A DNA stretch of 64,000 bases from Eledone cirrhosa (taxonomy: Eukaryota), in the NCBI GenBank assembly GCA_964016885.1, contig OZ024761.1, forward strand, positions 13,578,001 to 13,642,000, read 5' to 3'. The position numbers and the translations under genes are program-made. The notes beneath the pieces were generated by a model. That model saw nothing but the letters and a program-made list of their open reading frames with translations, was not told where the DNA came from and searched no databases. Shown piece after piece: positions 1 through 14,400 of this stretch (position 1 is its first letter; each line of letters starts with the position of its first letter).

Positions 1-272
1 TATACATACATATATATACATATATATATATACATGCATATATATATATATATACACATACATATATATATACGTACATATATATATATACATACATATA
101 TATATATACATATATATATATACATACATATATATATATACATACATATATATATATATATATACATACATATATATATATATATATACATACATATATA
201 TATATATATATACACATACATATATATATATATATACATACATATATATATATACATACATATATATATATA

Positions 273-1165
273 GAGTGAATCTAGCTAAGACAAAAGTGTT
301 GATGAGTAGAAAAGAGGACAAAACCCTGATTCCGTCAGGGAAATGGCCAAGTTCGATATGCAGAAAAGGAACTGGCATAAATTCTATAAAATGCACACAA
401 TACAGATCCTGGGTACACAAAAGATGTAGCGGGATAGCAGGCAAACTAACAGATAGGGAGAAATATGTATGCAGTAGATGAACAGGGAAATTAGACAGTA
501 GAAGTCGCATTGATAGACACATTTTTCAAATGCAAGAGGGCGCTATAGAAGTGATGGATAGCTTCCAGTACCTAGGAGATCAGATTAGCATGGGAGGAGG
601 GTGTTCCGAGGCCATAGTATCTAGAATAAGGACGGGTTGGAAGAAGTTTAGGGAGCTGCTTCCTCTGTTGACGAAGAAGGGTTTCTCCCTGCGTACGAAA
701 AGCCGGTTGTATGATGCTTGTGTGAGGAGCGCGATGCTGCATGGTAGTGAGACATGAGCAGCAACTGCAGAGGATATGCGACGGCTGGAGAGAAATGAGG
801 CAAGCATGCTCCGTTGGATGTGCAGTGTAAATGTGCGTGAACGACCAAGCATGGATGTGTTGAGAGAGAAACTGTGTCTGAGAGGGATAGAATGTAGTGT
901 ACGGGAGAGGAGACTGCGGTGGTATGGACATGTGATGCGCATGGAGGATGACCGATGGGTGAAGAAGTGCCAGGAAATGCCAGTTGAAGGAAGACGTGGT
1001 AGAGGTAGACCACGAAAAACATGGGCGAAGGTGGTGAGAACAGACCTCAGATCATTGAAGCTCACGGTGGAGATGACGAAGGACTGTGAAGAGTGGAGAG
1101 ATGCTGTGCTGAATAAGACCCGTCCCACCCTTGCGGACGTAAAATGATGATGATGATGATGATGA
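273..1165 (+). mobile_element. 5'-truncated RTE-clade LINE (3' part of RT ORF with stops, (GAT)n tail)
   Basis: NLAKTKV...FQYLG...[16 protein letters not shown]...[12 protein letters not shown]...GRGRPRKTW motifs. Ends cggacgtaaaatgatgatg. Confidence 0.92.
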
Positions 1166-1178
1166 TATATATACATAC

Positions 1179-1209
<31 letters not shown>

Positions 1210-1404
1210 CATACATATATATATATACATATATACAGACATATATATACATATACATACATATATATATATACAGACATATATATACATATACATACAT
1301 ATATATATATACATACATATATATATACATACATATATATATATATACATATATACATACATATATATATATATACATATATACATATATATATATATAC
1401 ATAC

Positions 1405-1457
<53 letters not shown>

Positions 1458-1483
1458 CATACATACATATATATATACATACA

Positions 1484-1828
1484 TGGAGGCACATGGCTTA
1501 GTGGTTAGAGCATTGGCCTTGCAATCGAAAGGTTGTGAGTTCAATTCTCAGACCGGGTGATGTGTTGTTTCCTTGAGCAAGACACTTTATTTCACATTGC
1601 TCCAGTTTACTCAGCTGTAGAAATGAGATGATAGGGACTGGGGTCCCTATCATTCCACTGCAAAGTGGTCGTGGAGGTGCCACGGAAAAAAAGCACCCAG
1701 CACTCACTGTAAATGAGGTTGGTGTTAGGAAGGGCATCCAGCTGTAGAAATCAGCCAGAATCAGTTCCCGTCCCACCCTTGCAAGCAGGAAAAGCGGACG
1801 TAAAATGAAATGATGATGATGATGATGA
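1484..1828 (+). mobile_element. tRNA-derived SINE with central conserved domain and RTE-type 3' tail
   Basis: A box tggcttagtggttagagc, B box gagttcaattc, ccttgagcaagacactttatttcacattgctccag core. The 3' end is shared with RTE LINEs and ends in (GAT)n. Near-identical antisense copy at 54176-54516. Confidence 0.85.
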
Positions 1829-1831
1829 TAC

Positions 1832-1862
<31 letters not shown>

Positions 1863-2016
1863 CATATATATATACATACATACATATATATATACATAAC
1901 ATACATATATATATACATACATACATATATATATATACATACATACATATATATATACATACATACATATATATATATACATACATACATATATATATAC
2001 ATACATATATATATAC

Positions 2017-3585
2017 GTGTCCATCAGGGCTCTGTTCTTAGCCCCCTACTATTTATTATTGCCCTTCAGGCTATAACAGAGGAGTTCAAGACCGGCTGCC
2101 CATGGGAACTCCTATACGCAGATGATCTAACGCTCATAGCTGAATCAATGGCCGAACTAGAGAAGAAATTCCAAACATGGAAGCACGGCCTAGAATCAAA
2201 AGGCCTTAAAATTAACCTGGCTAAGACTAAAGTTCTAGTTTGTAGGAAAGAAAATAAGGCGGCAGTCCCATCTGGGAAATGGCCATGTTCAGTGTGTAGG
2301 AAATGCGTAGGTAGAAACTCCATTTTAAGTCCCAAATGCAAAGTATGGGTGCATAAAAGATGTAGTGGGATCACAGGTAAGCTAACTAAGAACATAGATT
2401 TTACATGTGGCCGGTGCTCTGGTGCAATAAGTAGCAGCAAGTGCCCACAAAATACTAGCTCCTTCAACTGCGCAGAGGGTTCTATAGAAATAGTGGACAG
2501 CTTCCGTTACCTGGGTGACAAAATCAGCAGTGGGGGAGGGTGCTCTGAAAGTACAGTAGCTAGAGTCAGAACTGGATGGAAAAAGTTCAGAGAGCTTATA
2601 CCACTATTAGCCGCTAGAGGGTTCTCCCTAAAAATGAAAGGCAGGTTATACGATGCCTGCATACGAACAGCAATGCTGCATGGCAGTGAGACCTGGGCAT
2701 TGTGTGCAGAGGATATACGCAGACTAGAGAGGAACGAAGCTTGCATGCTCCGCTGGATGTGCAATAGTAATATACGTGAACGGCAAAGCATAAACGAACT
2801 AAGGAAAAAATTAGAAATAAGAGGGATCAGATGTTGTTTACTCGAGAGAAGGCTACGTTGGTACGGTCACGTGATGCGCATGAAAGACGACAGCTGTATA
2901 ACAAAGTGCAGGGCAATAAAGATAGACGGTAGCCACGGAGTAGGCAGACCCAGAAAAACATGGGACGAGCTGATAAATTCCGACCTCACACGCTTACACC
3001 TCTCCAAGACAATGTCACTGGACCGAGACCTTTGGCGGTACTCAGTAATAGAGAAGACCCGCCTTACCTAAATACAAAGTAAAAACCTACTACAGTCAGT
3101 AGGCATCTCTATCAAAACACCCCCCCCCCGTCCCACCACCTCCACCCCATCCACACCACCCCTTTCAATGTAAAGTTATGTTGGTCCCCACAACATCCAG
3201 GCCGAAACAAATGAGATCGTGTAGGTGTCACGACAAAAAAACACACAGTCCACGCTGTAAATGTGGCCGTGTAGGTAACACGGTAAAAACCTCCCAGCCC
3301 CACACTGTAAATGTGGTTGGTGTTAGGAAGGGCATGCAGCTGTAGAAAACCCGCCAGACAGTCCACGCTGTAATGTGGCCGTGTAGGCAACACGGTAAAA
3401 ACCTCCCAGCCCCACACTGTAAATGTGGTTGGTGTTAGGAAGGGCATCCAACTGTAGAAAACCCCGCCAGACAGTCCTATGCGAGCAAGACAACCACTCT
3501 TGCCTCAAGTGGGAAAACCCCCGTCCAAACCCATGCAAGCGTGGAACACGGACGCTAAACCTGATGATGATGATGATGATGATGA
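2017..3585 (+). mobile_element. 5'-truncated RTE LINE (RT C-terminal half, 3' UTR, (GAT)n tail)
   Basis: [31 protein letters not shown] and GRPRKTW motifs. Closely related to the copy at 44052-46866. Confidence 0.95.
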
Positions 3586-3627
3586 TATATATATACATAC
3601 ATATATATATACATACATATATACATA

Positions 3628-4250
3628 CATGGTGGTGGCTGCCAACTCGTTTCGAGTACGGCCACTACTTTATATCCATGTAGGAGAACCCCTACCGATG
3701 CGCTGAACGAGTGTGACTTTTTAGTCCCGCCAGCGACTTGAAAACTCTGGTACAAACACTACACCTGTGACAACTATTGACACATAGTGCTGGGGCCCAT
3801 GGTACCATGTGACGACAAGTGCAGAGAGATCTCCAGATATAAAGCAATGCCTGTGCCGTCAAGCTCCCCATAGTGAGAAAGGCACTGCACAAAGCCAGTC
3901 CCACTCTCTTAACCAAGATGATATTTACCAAAAAGAAGAACAAGTCAACATCATTGGATACCATCAGGGTTGCAGGTGTTATATCAGAGTTTTCCTTCTC
4001 CTATAATTCTGCCTTGACAAAGGCTAAGGGGTCATCTCTCCCTATGATTTTGGATGGCCATTGACTCTTAAGAGCTCCTTTGCCCTTTGACAGGTTTTGT
4101 TTTTAGTCCTGCAGGATGTCCAAAGTCACCCTCCTCACCAAGAAACCTTGGTGGGGTTGCCAGTTTAGTCGCCAACGACCCGACCATGAGACAGGTTGTA
4201 CTGGGATACATGTTACCAGTAGCACCAACTGGTGACCTGACACACCCATA
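3628..4250 (-). mobile_element. Internally deleted RTE/BovB-like element (5' UTR-like segment joined to a 3' end with C2H2 finger)
   Basis: HRCSVCTRVFKSLAGLKSHTRSAHR* is followed by a short 3' end gagttggcagccaccaccat. The upstream part (ggcgactaaactggcaacccc...) resembles RTE 5' UTRs from memory. Confidence 0.55.
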
Positions 4251-4306
4251 TATATGTATATATATACATACATACACATATATATATATACATAAACACA
4301 CACACA

Positions 4307-4371
<65 letters not shown>

Positions 4372-4534
4372 CAACTCTCTGGTAGAGTTTCATAGCTGAT
4401 ATGTACATACATACACATACATATATATATACACACATATGTATATACACATACATATACACACACATATATATGTATATATACATACATACACATACAT
4501 ATATAAATATATATGTATGTATATATACACAGAT

Positions 4535-4734
4535 NNNNNNNNNNNNNNNNNNNNNNNNNNNNNNNNNNNNNNNNNNNNNNNNNNNNNNNNNNNNNNNNNN
4601 NNNNNNNNNNNNNNNNNNNNNNNNNNNNNNNNNNNNNNNNNNNNNNNNNNNNNNNNNNNNNNNNNNNNNNNNNNNNNNNNNNNNNNNNNNNNNNNNNNNN
4701 NNNNNNNNNNNNNNNNNNNNNNNNNNNNNNNNNN
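4535..4734. other. Assembly gap (200 N)
   Basis: Run of n characters. Confidence 1.
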
Positions 4735-4889
4735 GAACCAGGTGGACCATAACGCACCAAAGTACTCAATACTTAGGGTAGTAGAGTGGGTAATAGGAAC
4801 AAGTAAGACCCCGACGGCTGAGCTCAAGCCGTTTCGACAGAATTAGCCGTCGAAACGGCTTGAGCTCAGCCGTCAGGGTCTTACTTGTT

Positions 4890-4922
<33 letters not shown>

Positions 4923-4977
4923 CGAAGGAAATGTGGTAAGGAACCAGGTGGACCATAACGCACCAAAGTACTCAATA
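4735..4977. mobile_element. Penelope-like terminal-repeat remnant with fold-back
   Basis: Inverted repeat 4793-4894 containing GAAA-CGGCT..AGCCG-TC. Direct repeat gaaccaggtggaccataacgcaccaaagtactcaata at 4735 and 4941. Diverged relative at about 5461-5510. Confidence 0.5.
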
Positions 4978-5578
4978 TGTGTGTTGCTCCAGAATAGCCA
5001 CTACCACCAAGATAAATTAATATCTAATATAAATATAAATGAGACAATAACATCATCTAGTAAACTTTATTGTGTTGTATCAGATGAAAGAATGATATTA
5101 ATCCCGAGTTAGGGGCTAGGGTGTCAGTAGGGCCTTAGGATAGATCGGGTTTAATTCAAGCTTTTTTTTTCTGTTTGTATGGCTGACAATCAAGGAGTCA
5201 ATTAATTACGGAAATTAAAACCACTGGATTAACACTAACCCCTAAACCTAAACCCAGTCGTGGTTTGGAATAAATTAGTTGGGATTTGATTATAGTGTGG
5301 TTTATATAAATATATCTTAGGAGAGGGAGAAATGTGATGGTGGTGTTGGTGGTGAACGACTCATGGGATATATTGGGACCTTCCTCTCTTCCTTGTCCAA
5401 CAAACCTAAAACTAATAAGACTGTCGTTTTTTTTTAAAATCTTAACCTATATATATATATATAGGAGAAAGTATGACCAGGACGGCAGAACTCAAGCCTT
5501 TTCGATGGCTATTTCTGGCCAATATATTAAAATAACAGATTAAAGTTTAAGAAAAGAATCGCTGCTTTTACCCTTAAC

Positions 5579-5639
<61 letters not shown>

Positions 5640-5685
5640 CCTTATTGAGCCCTCTTCGGATTTTAGTCTTCATATTTATTATTAC

Positions 5686-5716
<31 letters not shown>

Positions 5717-5783
5717 GTATATATGTATAAATATATATATATATGTATGTATATATATATATATGTATATATATATATGTACG

Positions 5784-5819
<36 letters not shown>

Positions 5820-5825
5820 TGTACG

Positions 5826-5876
<51 letters not shown>

Positions 5877-5967
5877 GTATGTATATATATATATATGTAT
5901 GTATATGTATATATGTATGTATATGTATATATGTATATGTATATATATATATATGTATATATATATG

Positions 5968-5999
<32 letters not shown>

Positions 6000-6000
6000 T

Positions 6001-6268
<268 letters not shown>

Positions 6269-6415
6269 TATCCTTAAAAAATCTCTTCTAAATTTCTACC
6301 TGTGATGACATGAACACATTGAGTTTGAAAAGATTATTTGTTGGCAGTTAACTTTATATATATATATATATGTGTGTAGATATATATATATATGTATATA
6401 TATATGTATGTGTGT

Positions 6416-6565
6416 GAATCCCGGGTTGAATCAGAGGTAACCACAGTAAGTAAGGTACTCAATACATAGCAGAGTATAAATATTTAATATAGAAATGGCT
6501 TCTACAGGACTAGAACTGTTTCATTCGAAGGAAATCATCAGGGCTATGCTCGTACGTACAGCCAT
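6416..6565 (-). mobile_element. Diverged copy of the hammerhead-bearing element at 25312-25447
   Basis: Minus strand reads CTGATGAtttccttcgaatGAAAcagttctagtcctGTAgaagcc...attgagtaccttacttactgtggttacc, alignable by eye to 25320-25440. The stem I 5' strand no longer pairs. Confidence 0.75.
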
Positions 6566-7148
6566 ATATACACACGTACAAAATATGTACATAAATATAC
6601 ATATATACACACGTGCAGACATATATACATATATACACACGTACAAACACATACATAAATATACATATATATACACACGTACAGACACATATACATACAT
6701 ACACACGTACAGACACATATACATAAATATACATACATACACACGTACAGACACATATACATAAATATACATACATACATACATACACACGTACAGACAC
6801 ATATACATAAATATACACACGTACAGACACATATACATAAATATACATACATACACACGTACAGACACATACATAAATATACATACGTACAGACGTACAG
6901 ACATATATACATAAATATACACACGTACAGACATATATACATAAATATACATACATACAGGCATGTATACACACGGACAAATACATACATATATTATTTA
7001 AACAGGTGAAACGAGAGAAAAGGTAGAGATTTACCTGTTATTGTATTTTTAAATAAACAGGTTAAAGTATCTATCGTCCCAGGAGCTGCTGTTGGTTTGA
7101 ACTGGCGGCGGCGGTGGCGGTCTAACTGATGATAGCTAGTATTAAGTT

Positions 7149-8305
7149 AGGTGTGGTGGTATGGTGGTGGTGGTGGTGGTGTAGTGTTGGCGGTGGTGTA
7201 GTGGTGGTGGTGGTGGTGTAGTGGTAGTATGGTGGTGGTGATAGTGAACATGGTGTGGTAGTGATAGTGGTGGCGGTGGTGTAGTGTGGTGGCGGTGGTG
7301 TAGTGTGGTGGTGGTGGTGTAGTGGTAGTATGGTGGTGGTGATAGTGAACATGGTGTGGTAGTGATAGTGGTGGCGGTGGTGTAGTGTGGTGGTGGTGGT
7401 GGTGGTGATAGTGAAAATGGTGTGGTAGTAATAGTGGTGGCGGTGGTGTAGTGTGGTGGCGGTGGTGTAGTGTGGTGGTGGTGGTGGTGGTGGTGGTGAT
7501 AGTGAAAATAGTGTGGTAGTGATAGTGGTGGCGGTGGTGTAGTGTGGTGGTGGTGGTGGTGGTGGTGGTGGTGATGGTGGTGATAGTGAAAATGGTGTGG
7601 CAGTGATAGTGGTGGCGGTGGTGGTGGTGGTGGTGGTGGTGGTGGTGATAGTGAAAATGGTGTAGTAGTGTTGGTGTATTAGTGATAGTGACGATGGTGT
7701 GGTAATGGTGGTGGTGGAGGTGTAATGGTGCTGTTGTGGTAGTGGTGGTGGTGGTGGTGTAGTGGTGGTGTTGGTGGTGTATTAGTGATAGTGACGATGG
7801 TGTTGTAGTAGTGGTGGTGGTGTGGTGGTGGTGGTGGTGGTGGTGGTGGTGTTGGTGGTGGTGGTAGTGGTTATGTTGGTAGTGTTGTTGTTGTTGTTGG
7901 TGGTGGTGGTGATGGTGGTGTTGGCGGTGGTGGTGGTGGTGGCGGTGTTGGTGGTGTTGGTGGTGGTGGGCGGTGGTGTTGGTGGTGTTGGTGATGATGT
8001 TGGTGGCGGTATGGTGTTGGTGGTGGTATGTGGTGGTGGCGGTGTTGGTGATGGTGTTGGTGGCGGTATGGTGTTGGTGGCGGTATGGTGTTGGTGGTGG
8101 TATGGTGGTGGTGGCGGTGTTGGTGATGGTGTTGGTGGCGGTATGGTGGTGGTGGCGGTATAGTGGTGGTGGCGGTATGGTGGTGGTGGCGGTATGGTGG
8201 TGGTGGCGGTATGGTGTTGGTGGCGGTATGGTGGTGGTGGCGGTATAGTGGTGGTGGCGGTGTTGGTGGTGGTGGCGGTATGGTGGTGGTGGTGGTGGTA
8301 GTGAT
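7149..8305. repeat. (GGT)n-based compound low-complexity repeat
   Basis: Degenerate GGT/GTA triplets with recurring gatagtgaaaatggtgtggtagt subunits. Confidence 0.95.
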
Positions 8306-8504
8306 AGTAAAAGTTGAAAAACAAACATCCGTAAATAGATGATTGATGACTGATGATGTTGAGGATGCTAACACTGATAAACATATGGCTATTGATCAGA
8401 GCTAGATTTACCACTGTGCTCAGGTGTGTTTAAGCACTTGGCTCTATTCACCAGGGTCGCCACCATCCTGCCAAAAAAATTTTTTATGGTGAATTTTATT
8501 ATAA

Positions 8505-8895
8505 TAATAATTGTTTCTACTTTTGGCACGAGGCCAGCAATTACCCAGAGTATTACTGGTACTTTATTTTATCGACCCCGTAAGGATGAAAAATAAAGCT
8601 AATCTCGGCAGGATTTTAACTCAGAATGTAAAAGGCCATAACTCTAGGCTGCAAAGCTCTACCAATTCTGCTAATACACTGCCCTAATAATTGTTTCTAC
8701 CTTTGGCACAAGGCCAGCAATTACCCAGTACATTACTGGTACTTTATTTTATCGGCCCCGTAAGGATGAATAGCAAAGTTAACCTCGTTGGGATTAACTT
8801 TGCCTTTCATCCTTACGGGGTCGATAAAATCAGGTACCAGTAATACTCTGGGTATTTGCTGGCCTTGTGCCAAAAGTAGAAACGATTATTATTAT
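8505..8895. mobile_element. Cluster of tRNA-related SINE copies (two minus, one plus, forming an inverted pair)
   Basis: Diagnostic ctttgcctttcatccttacggggtcgataaaataaagtaccagt...ggccttgtgccaaaagtagaaacaattatt. The same family recurs throughout the window. Confidence 0.85.
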
Positions 8896-8992
8896 TATTA
8901 TTATTATTATAAAATTCACTAATAATAATAATAATGCTTTCAATGCTTTCTTTCTTTATTAACCACAAGGGTTGACACAAAGTATAACATTA

Positions 8993-11900
8993 AGGACAAC
9001 ACAGGACAATACAGGACAATACAGGACAACACAGGACAATACAGGACAATACAGGACAATACAGGACAACACAGGACAACACAGGACAATACAGGACAAT
9101 ACAGGACAACACAGGACAATACAGGACCACACAGGACAATACAGGACAATACGGGACAATACAGGACGGTACAGGACAATGCAGGACAATACAGGACAAC
9201 ACAGGACAATACAGGACAATACAGGACCACACAGAACAACACAGGACAATACAGGACAATACGGGACAATGCAGGACAACACAGGACAATGCAGGACAAG
9301 CCAGGACAACACAGGATGGTACAGGACAACACAGGACAACACAGGACAAGACAGGACAACACAGGACAACACGGGACAATACAGGACAACACAGGACAAC
9401 AGAGGACAATACAGGACAAAACAGGACAACACAGGATGGTACAGGACAATACAGGACAACACAGGGAAACAGAGGACAATACAGGACAAAACAGGACAAC
9501 ACAGGACAACACAGGATGGTACAGGACAATACAGGACCACACAGGACAATACAGGACAATACAGGACAATACGGGACAATACAGGACGGTACAGGACAAC
9601 ACAGGATGATACAGGACAATACAGGACAACACAGGACAATACAGGACAACACAGGACAATACAGGACAACAGAGGACAATACAGGACAATACAGGACAAA
9701 ACAGGACAACACAGGATGGTACAGGACAATACAGGACAACACAGGACAATACAGGACAATACAGGACAACACAGGACAATACAGGACAATACAGGACCAC
9801 ACAGAACAACACAGGATAATACAGGACAATACGGGACAATGCAGGACAACACAGGGCAATGCAGGACAACACAGGACAACACAGGACAACACAGGATGGT
9901 ACAGGACAACACAGGACAATACAGGACAACACAGGACAACACAGGACAATACAGGACAACACAGGACAACACAGGACAATACAGGACAACACAGGACAAC
10001 AGAGCACAATACAGGACAAAACAGAACAACACAGGACAATACAGGACAACACAGGACAATACAGGACAATACAGGACAATACAGGACAATAGAGGACAAC
10101 ACAGGACAACACAGGACAACACAGGACAATACAGGACAACAGAGGACAATACAGGACAACACAGGACAACAGAGGACAATACAGGACAATACAGGACAAA
10201 ACAGGACAACACAGGACAACACAGGATGGTACAGGACAACACAGGACAATAGAGGACAATACAGGACAACACAGGACAATACAGGACAATACAAGACCAC
10301 ACAGAACAACACAGGACAATACAGGACAATACGGGACAATGAAGGACAACACAGGACAATGCAGGACAACACAGGACAACACAGGGTGGTACAGGACAAC
10401 ACAGGACAACACAGGACAACACAGGACAATACAGGATAACACAGGACAATGCAGGACAATACAGGACAATACAGGACAATACAGGACAACACAGGACAAT
10501 ACAGGACAACACAGGACAATACAGGACAACACAGGACAATACAGGACAATACAGGACAACAGAGGACAATACAGGACAACACAGGACAATACAGGACAAC
10601 ACAGGATGGTACAGGACAATACAGGACAATACAGGACAATACAGGACAACACAGGACAACACAGGACAATAAAGGACAATACAGGACAATACAGGACAAC
10701 ACAGGACAACACAGGACAATACAGGACAATACAGGACAATACAGGACAACACGGGACAATACAGGACAATACAGGACAATACAGGACAACACAGGACAAT
10801 ACAGGACAACACAGGACAACACAGGACAACACAGGACAATACAGGACAACAGAGAACAATACAGGACAACACAGGACAATACAGGACAACACAGGATGGT
10901 ACAGGACAATACAGGACAATACAGGACAATACAGGACAACACAGGACAAACAGGACAATACAGGACAATACAGGACTATACAGGACAACACAGGACAATA
11001 CAGGACAATACAGGACAACACAGGACAATACAGGACAACACAGGACAATACAGGACAACACAGGATGGTACAGGACAATACAGGACAATACAGGACAACA
11101 CAGGACAACACAGGACAATAAAGGACAACGGAGGACAATACAGGACAACACAGGACAATACAGGACAATACAGGACAAACAGGACAACACAGGACAATAC
11201 AGGACAACACAGGACAATACAGGACAATACAGGACAACACAGGACAATACAGGACAATACAGGACAACACAGGACAATACAGGACAACACAGGACAATAC
11301 AGGACAACACAGGATGGTACAGGACAATACAGGACAATACAGGACAATACAGGACAATACAGGACAACACAGGACAATACAGGATAACACAGGACAATAC
11401 AGGACAATACAGGACAACACAGGACAATACAGGACAATACAGGACAACACAGGACAATACAGGACAATACAGGACAATACAGGACAACACAGGACAATAC
11501 AGGACAACACAGGACAATACAGGACAATACAGGACAATACAGGACAACAGAGGACAATACAGGACAACACAGGACAATACAGGACAACATAGGACAACAC
11601 AGGACAATACAGGACAATACAGGACAATACAGTACAACACAGGACAACACAGGACAATAAAGGACAATACAGGACAACACATGACAATGCAGGACAATAC
11701 AGGACAATACAGGACAACACAGGACAATACAGGACAACACAGGACAATAAAGGACAATACAGAACAATACAGGACAACACAGGACAATACAGGACAATAC
11801 AGGACAACACAGGACAATACAGGACAATACAGGACAATACAGGACAACACAGGACAATACAGGACAACACAGGACAACACAGGACAATACAGGACAACAG

Positions 11901-13686
11901 AGGACAATACAGGACAACAGAGGACAATACAGGACAATACAGGACAACAGAGGACAATACAGGACAACAGAGGACAATACAGGACAACACCGGACAATAC
12001 AGGACAACACAGAACAATACAGGACAATACAGGACAACACAGGACAACAGAGGACAATACAGGACAACAGAGGACAATACAGGACAATACAGGACAATAC
12101 AGGACAACAGAGGTCAACACAGGACAATACAGGACAACAGAGGACAATACAGGACAACAGAGGACAATACAGGACAACAGAGGACAATACAGGACAACAC
12201 CGGACAATACAGGACAATACAGGACAACACAGGACAACACAGGACAACAGAGGACAATACAGGACAACACCGGACAATACAGGACAACACAGGACAATAC
12301 AGGACAATACAGGACAATACAGGACAACACAGGACAATACAGGACAACATAGGACAATACAGGACAACACCGGACAATACAGGACAATACAGGACAACAC
12401 AGGACAATACAGGACAACGGAGGACAATACAGGACAACACCGGACAATACAGGACAACACAGGACAATACAGGACAACAGAGGACAATACAGGACAATAC
12501 AGGACAACAGAGGACAACACAGGACAATACAGGACAACAGAGGACAATACAGGACAACAGAGGACAATACAGGACAACAGAGGACAATACAGGACAACAC
12601 CGGACAATACAGGACAATACAGGACAACACAGGACAATACAGGACAACACAGGATGATACAGGACAATACAGGACAATATAGGACAACACAGGACAATAC
12701 AGGACAACACAGGACAATACAGGACAATACAGGACAATACAGGACAACACAGGACAATACAGGACAATACAGGACAACACAGGACAATACAGGACAACAC
12801 AGGACAATACAGGACAATACAGGACAACACAGGACAACAGAGGACAATACAGGACAATACAGGACAACAGAGGACAACACAGGACAATACAGGACAACAG
12901 AGGACAATACAGGACAACAGAGGACAATACAGGACAACAGAGGACAATACAGGACAACACCGGACAATACAGGACAATACAGGACAACACAGGACAATAC
13001 AGGACAACACAGGACAATACAGGACAACAGAGGACAATACAGGACAACACCGGACAATACAGGACAATACAGGACAACACAGGACAATACAGGACAACAC
13101 CGGACAATACAGGACAATACAGGACAACACAGGACAACAGAGGACAATACAGGACAACAGAGGACAATACAGGACAACACAGAATGATACAGGACAATAT
13201 AGGACAACACAGGACAATGCAGGACAACACAGGACAACACAGGACAATACAGGACAATACAGGACAATTCCTGACAACACAGGACAATACAGGACAACAC
13301 AGGACAATACAGGACAACAGAGGATGGTACAGGACAATACAGTACAATACAGGATGGTATAGCACAATACAGGACAATACAGGACAACACAGGACAACAG
13401 AGGACAACACAGGACAATACAGGACAACAGAGGACAACAGAGGACAATACAGGACAACAGAGGACAATACAGGACAACACCGGACAATACAGGACAACAC
13501 AGGACAACACAGGACAATACAGGACAACACAGGACAACAGAGGACAATACAGGACAACACAGGACAATACAGGACAATACAGGACAACACAGGATGATAC
13601 AGGACAATACAGGACAACACAGGATGATACAGGACAACACAGGACAACACAGGATGATACAGGACAACACAGGACAACACAGGACA
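8993..13686. repeat. (ACAGGACAAY)n 10-bp satellite, about 4.7 kb
   Basis: Continuous acaggacaat/acaggacaac units with variants (acaggatggt, agaggacaat, accggacaat). Confidence 0.99.
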
Positions 13687-14400
13687 GTGGTGGTAGTGGT
13701 GGTGGTAGTGGTGGTGGTGGTGGTGGTGATAGAGGTGGTGGTAGTAGTGGTGTTAGTGGTGGTGGTGGTTGTGGTGGTGATGGTGGTTGTGGTGGTGATG
13801 GTAGTAGTGGTGTTAGTTGTGGTGTTAGTAGCGGTGGTGGTGGTGATAGTGGTGATGGTAGTAGTGGTGTTAGTGGTGGTGGTAGTAGTGGTGTTAGTAG
13901 TGGTGGTGGTAGTGGTGGTGGTAGTAGGGCTGTTAGTGGTGGTGGTGGTTGTGGTGGTGATGGTAGTAATGGTGTTAGTTGTGGTGTTAGTAGCGGTGGT
14001 GGTGGTGATAGTGGTGATGGTAGTAGTGGTGTTAGTGGTGGTGGTAGTAGTGGTGTTAGTGGTGGTGGTAGTAGTGGTGTTAGTGGCGGTGGTGCTAGTA
14101 GTGGTTGTGGTGGTAGTTGTGGTGGTGGTGGTGGTAGTAGTGGTGTTAGTGGTGGTAGTGGTGGTGGTTGTGGTGTGGTAGTAGTGTTGGTGGTTGTGGT
14201 GGTGGTTGTGGTGGTGGTGGTGCCAGTTGTGGTGTGGTAGTGGCGGTAGTAGTGGTAGTGTCAGTGTTAGTGGTGAGGTAGTCATGGTTTTTGTGGTGGT
14301 GACAGTAGTGGTATTTAGTGTTAGTGGTGGTGGTAGTGGTGATGTAGATATTAGAAGGCGCTGGTGGTGATGGTGCTGGTGGTTGTGATGGTGGTGGGGT
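13687..14400. repeat. (GTG/GTA)n low-complexity repeat
   Basis: Triplet repeat directly fused to the 10-bp satellite. Confidence 0.95.

Noticed and set aside
34-273. Tyr/Ile-rich ORFs here and in other (AT)n/(AC)n tracts
   Set aside because: These are microsatellite translation artefacts.
1484-1556. tRNA gene
   Set aside because: A and B boxes are present but there is no proper acceptor stem, and the sequence continues into a SINE body and RTE tail.
7031-7135. Possible exon of another gene (minus-strand ag|gtaaat donor at about 7034, GC-rich patch)
   Set aside because: There is no convincing ORF, acceptor or partner exon, so it cannot be supported without transcript data.
8940-13680. Very long ORFs (up to 1573 aa, CPVLSCIVLY and QDNTGQYRT repeats)
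   Set aside because: These are translations of a 10-bp satellite that lacks stops in several frames on both strands. There are no splice signals and no domain.
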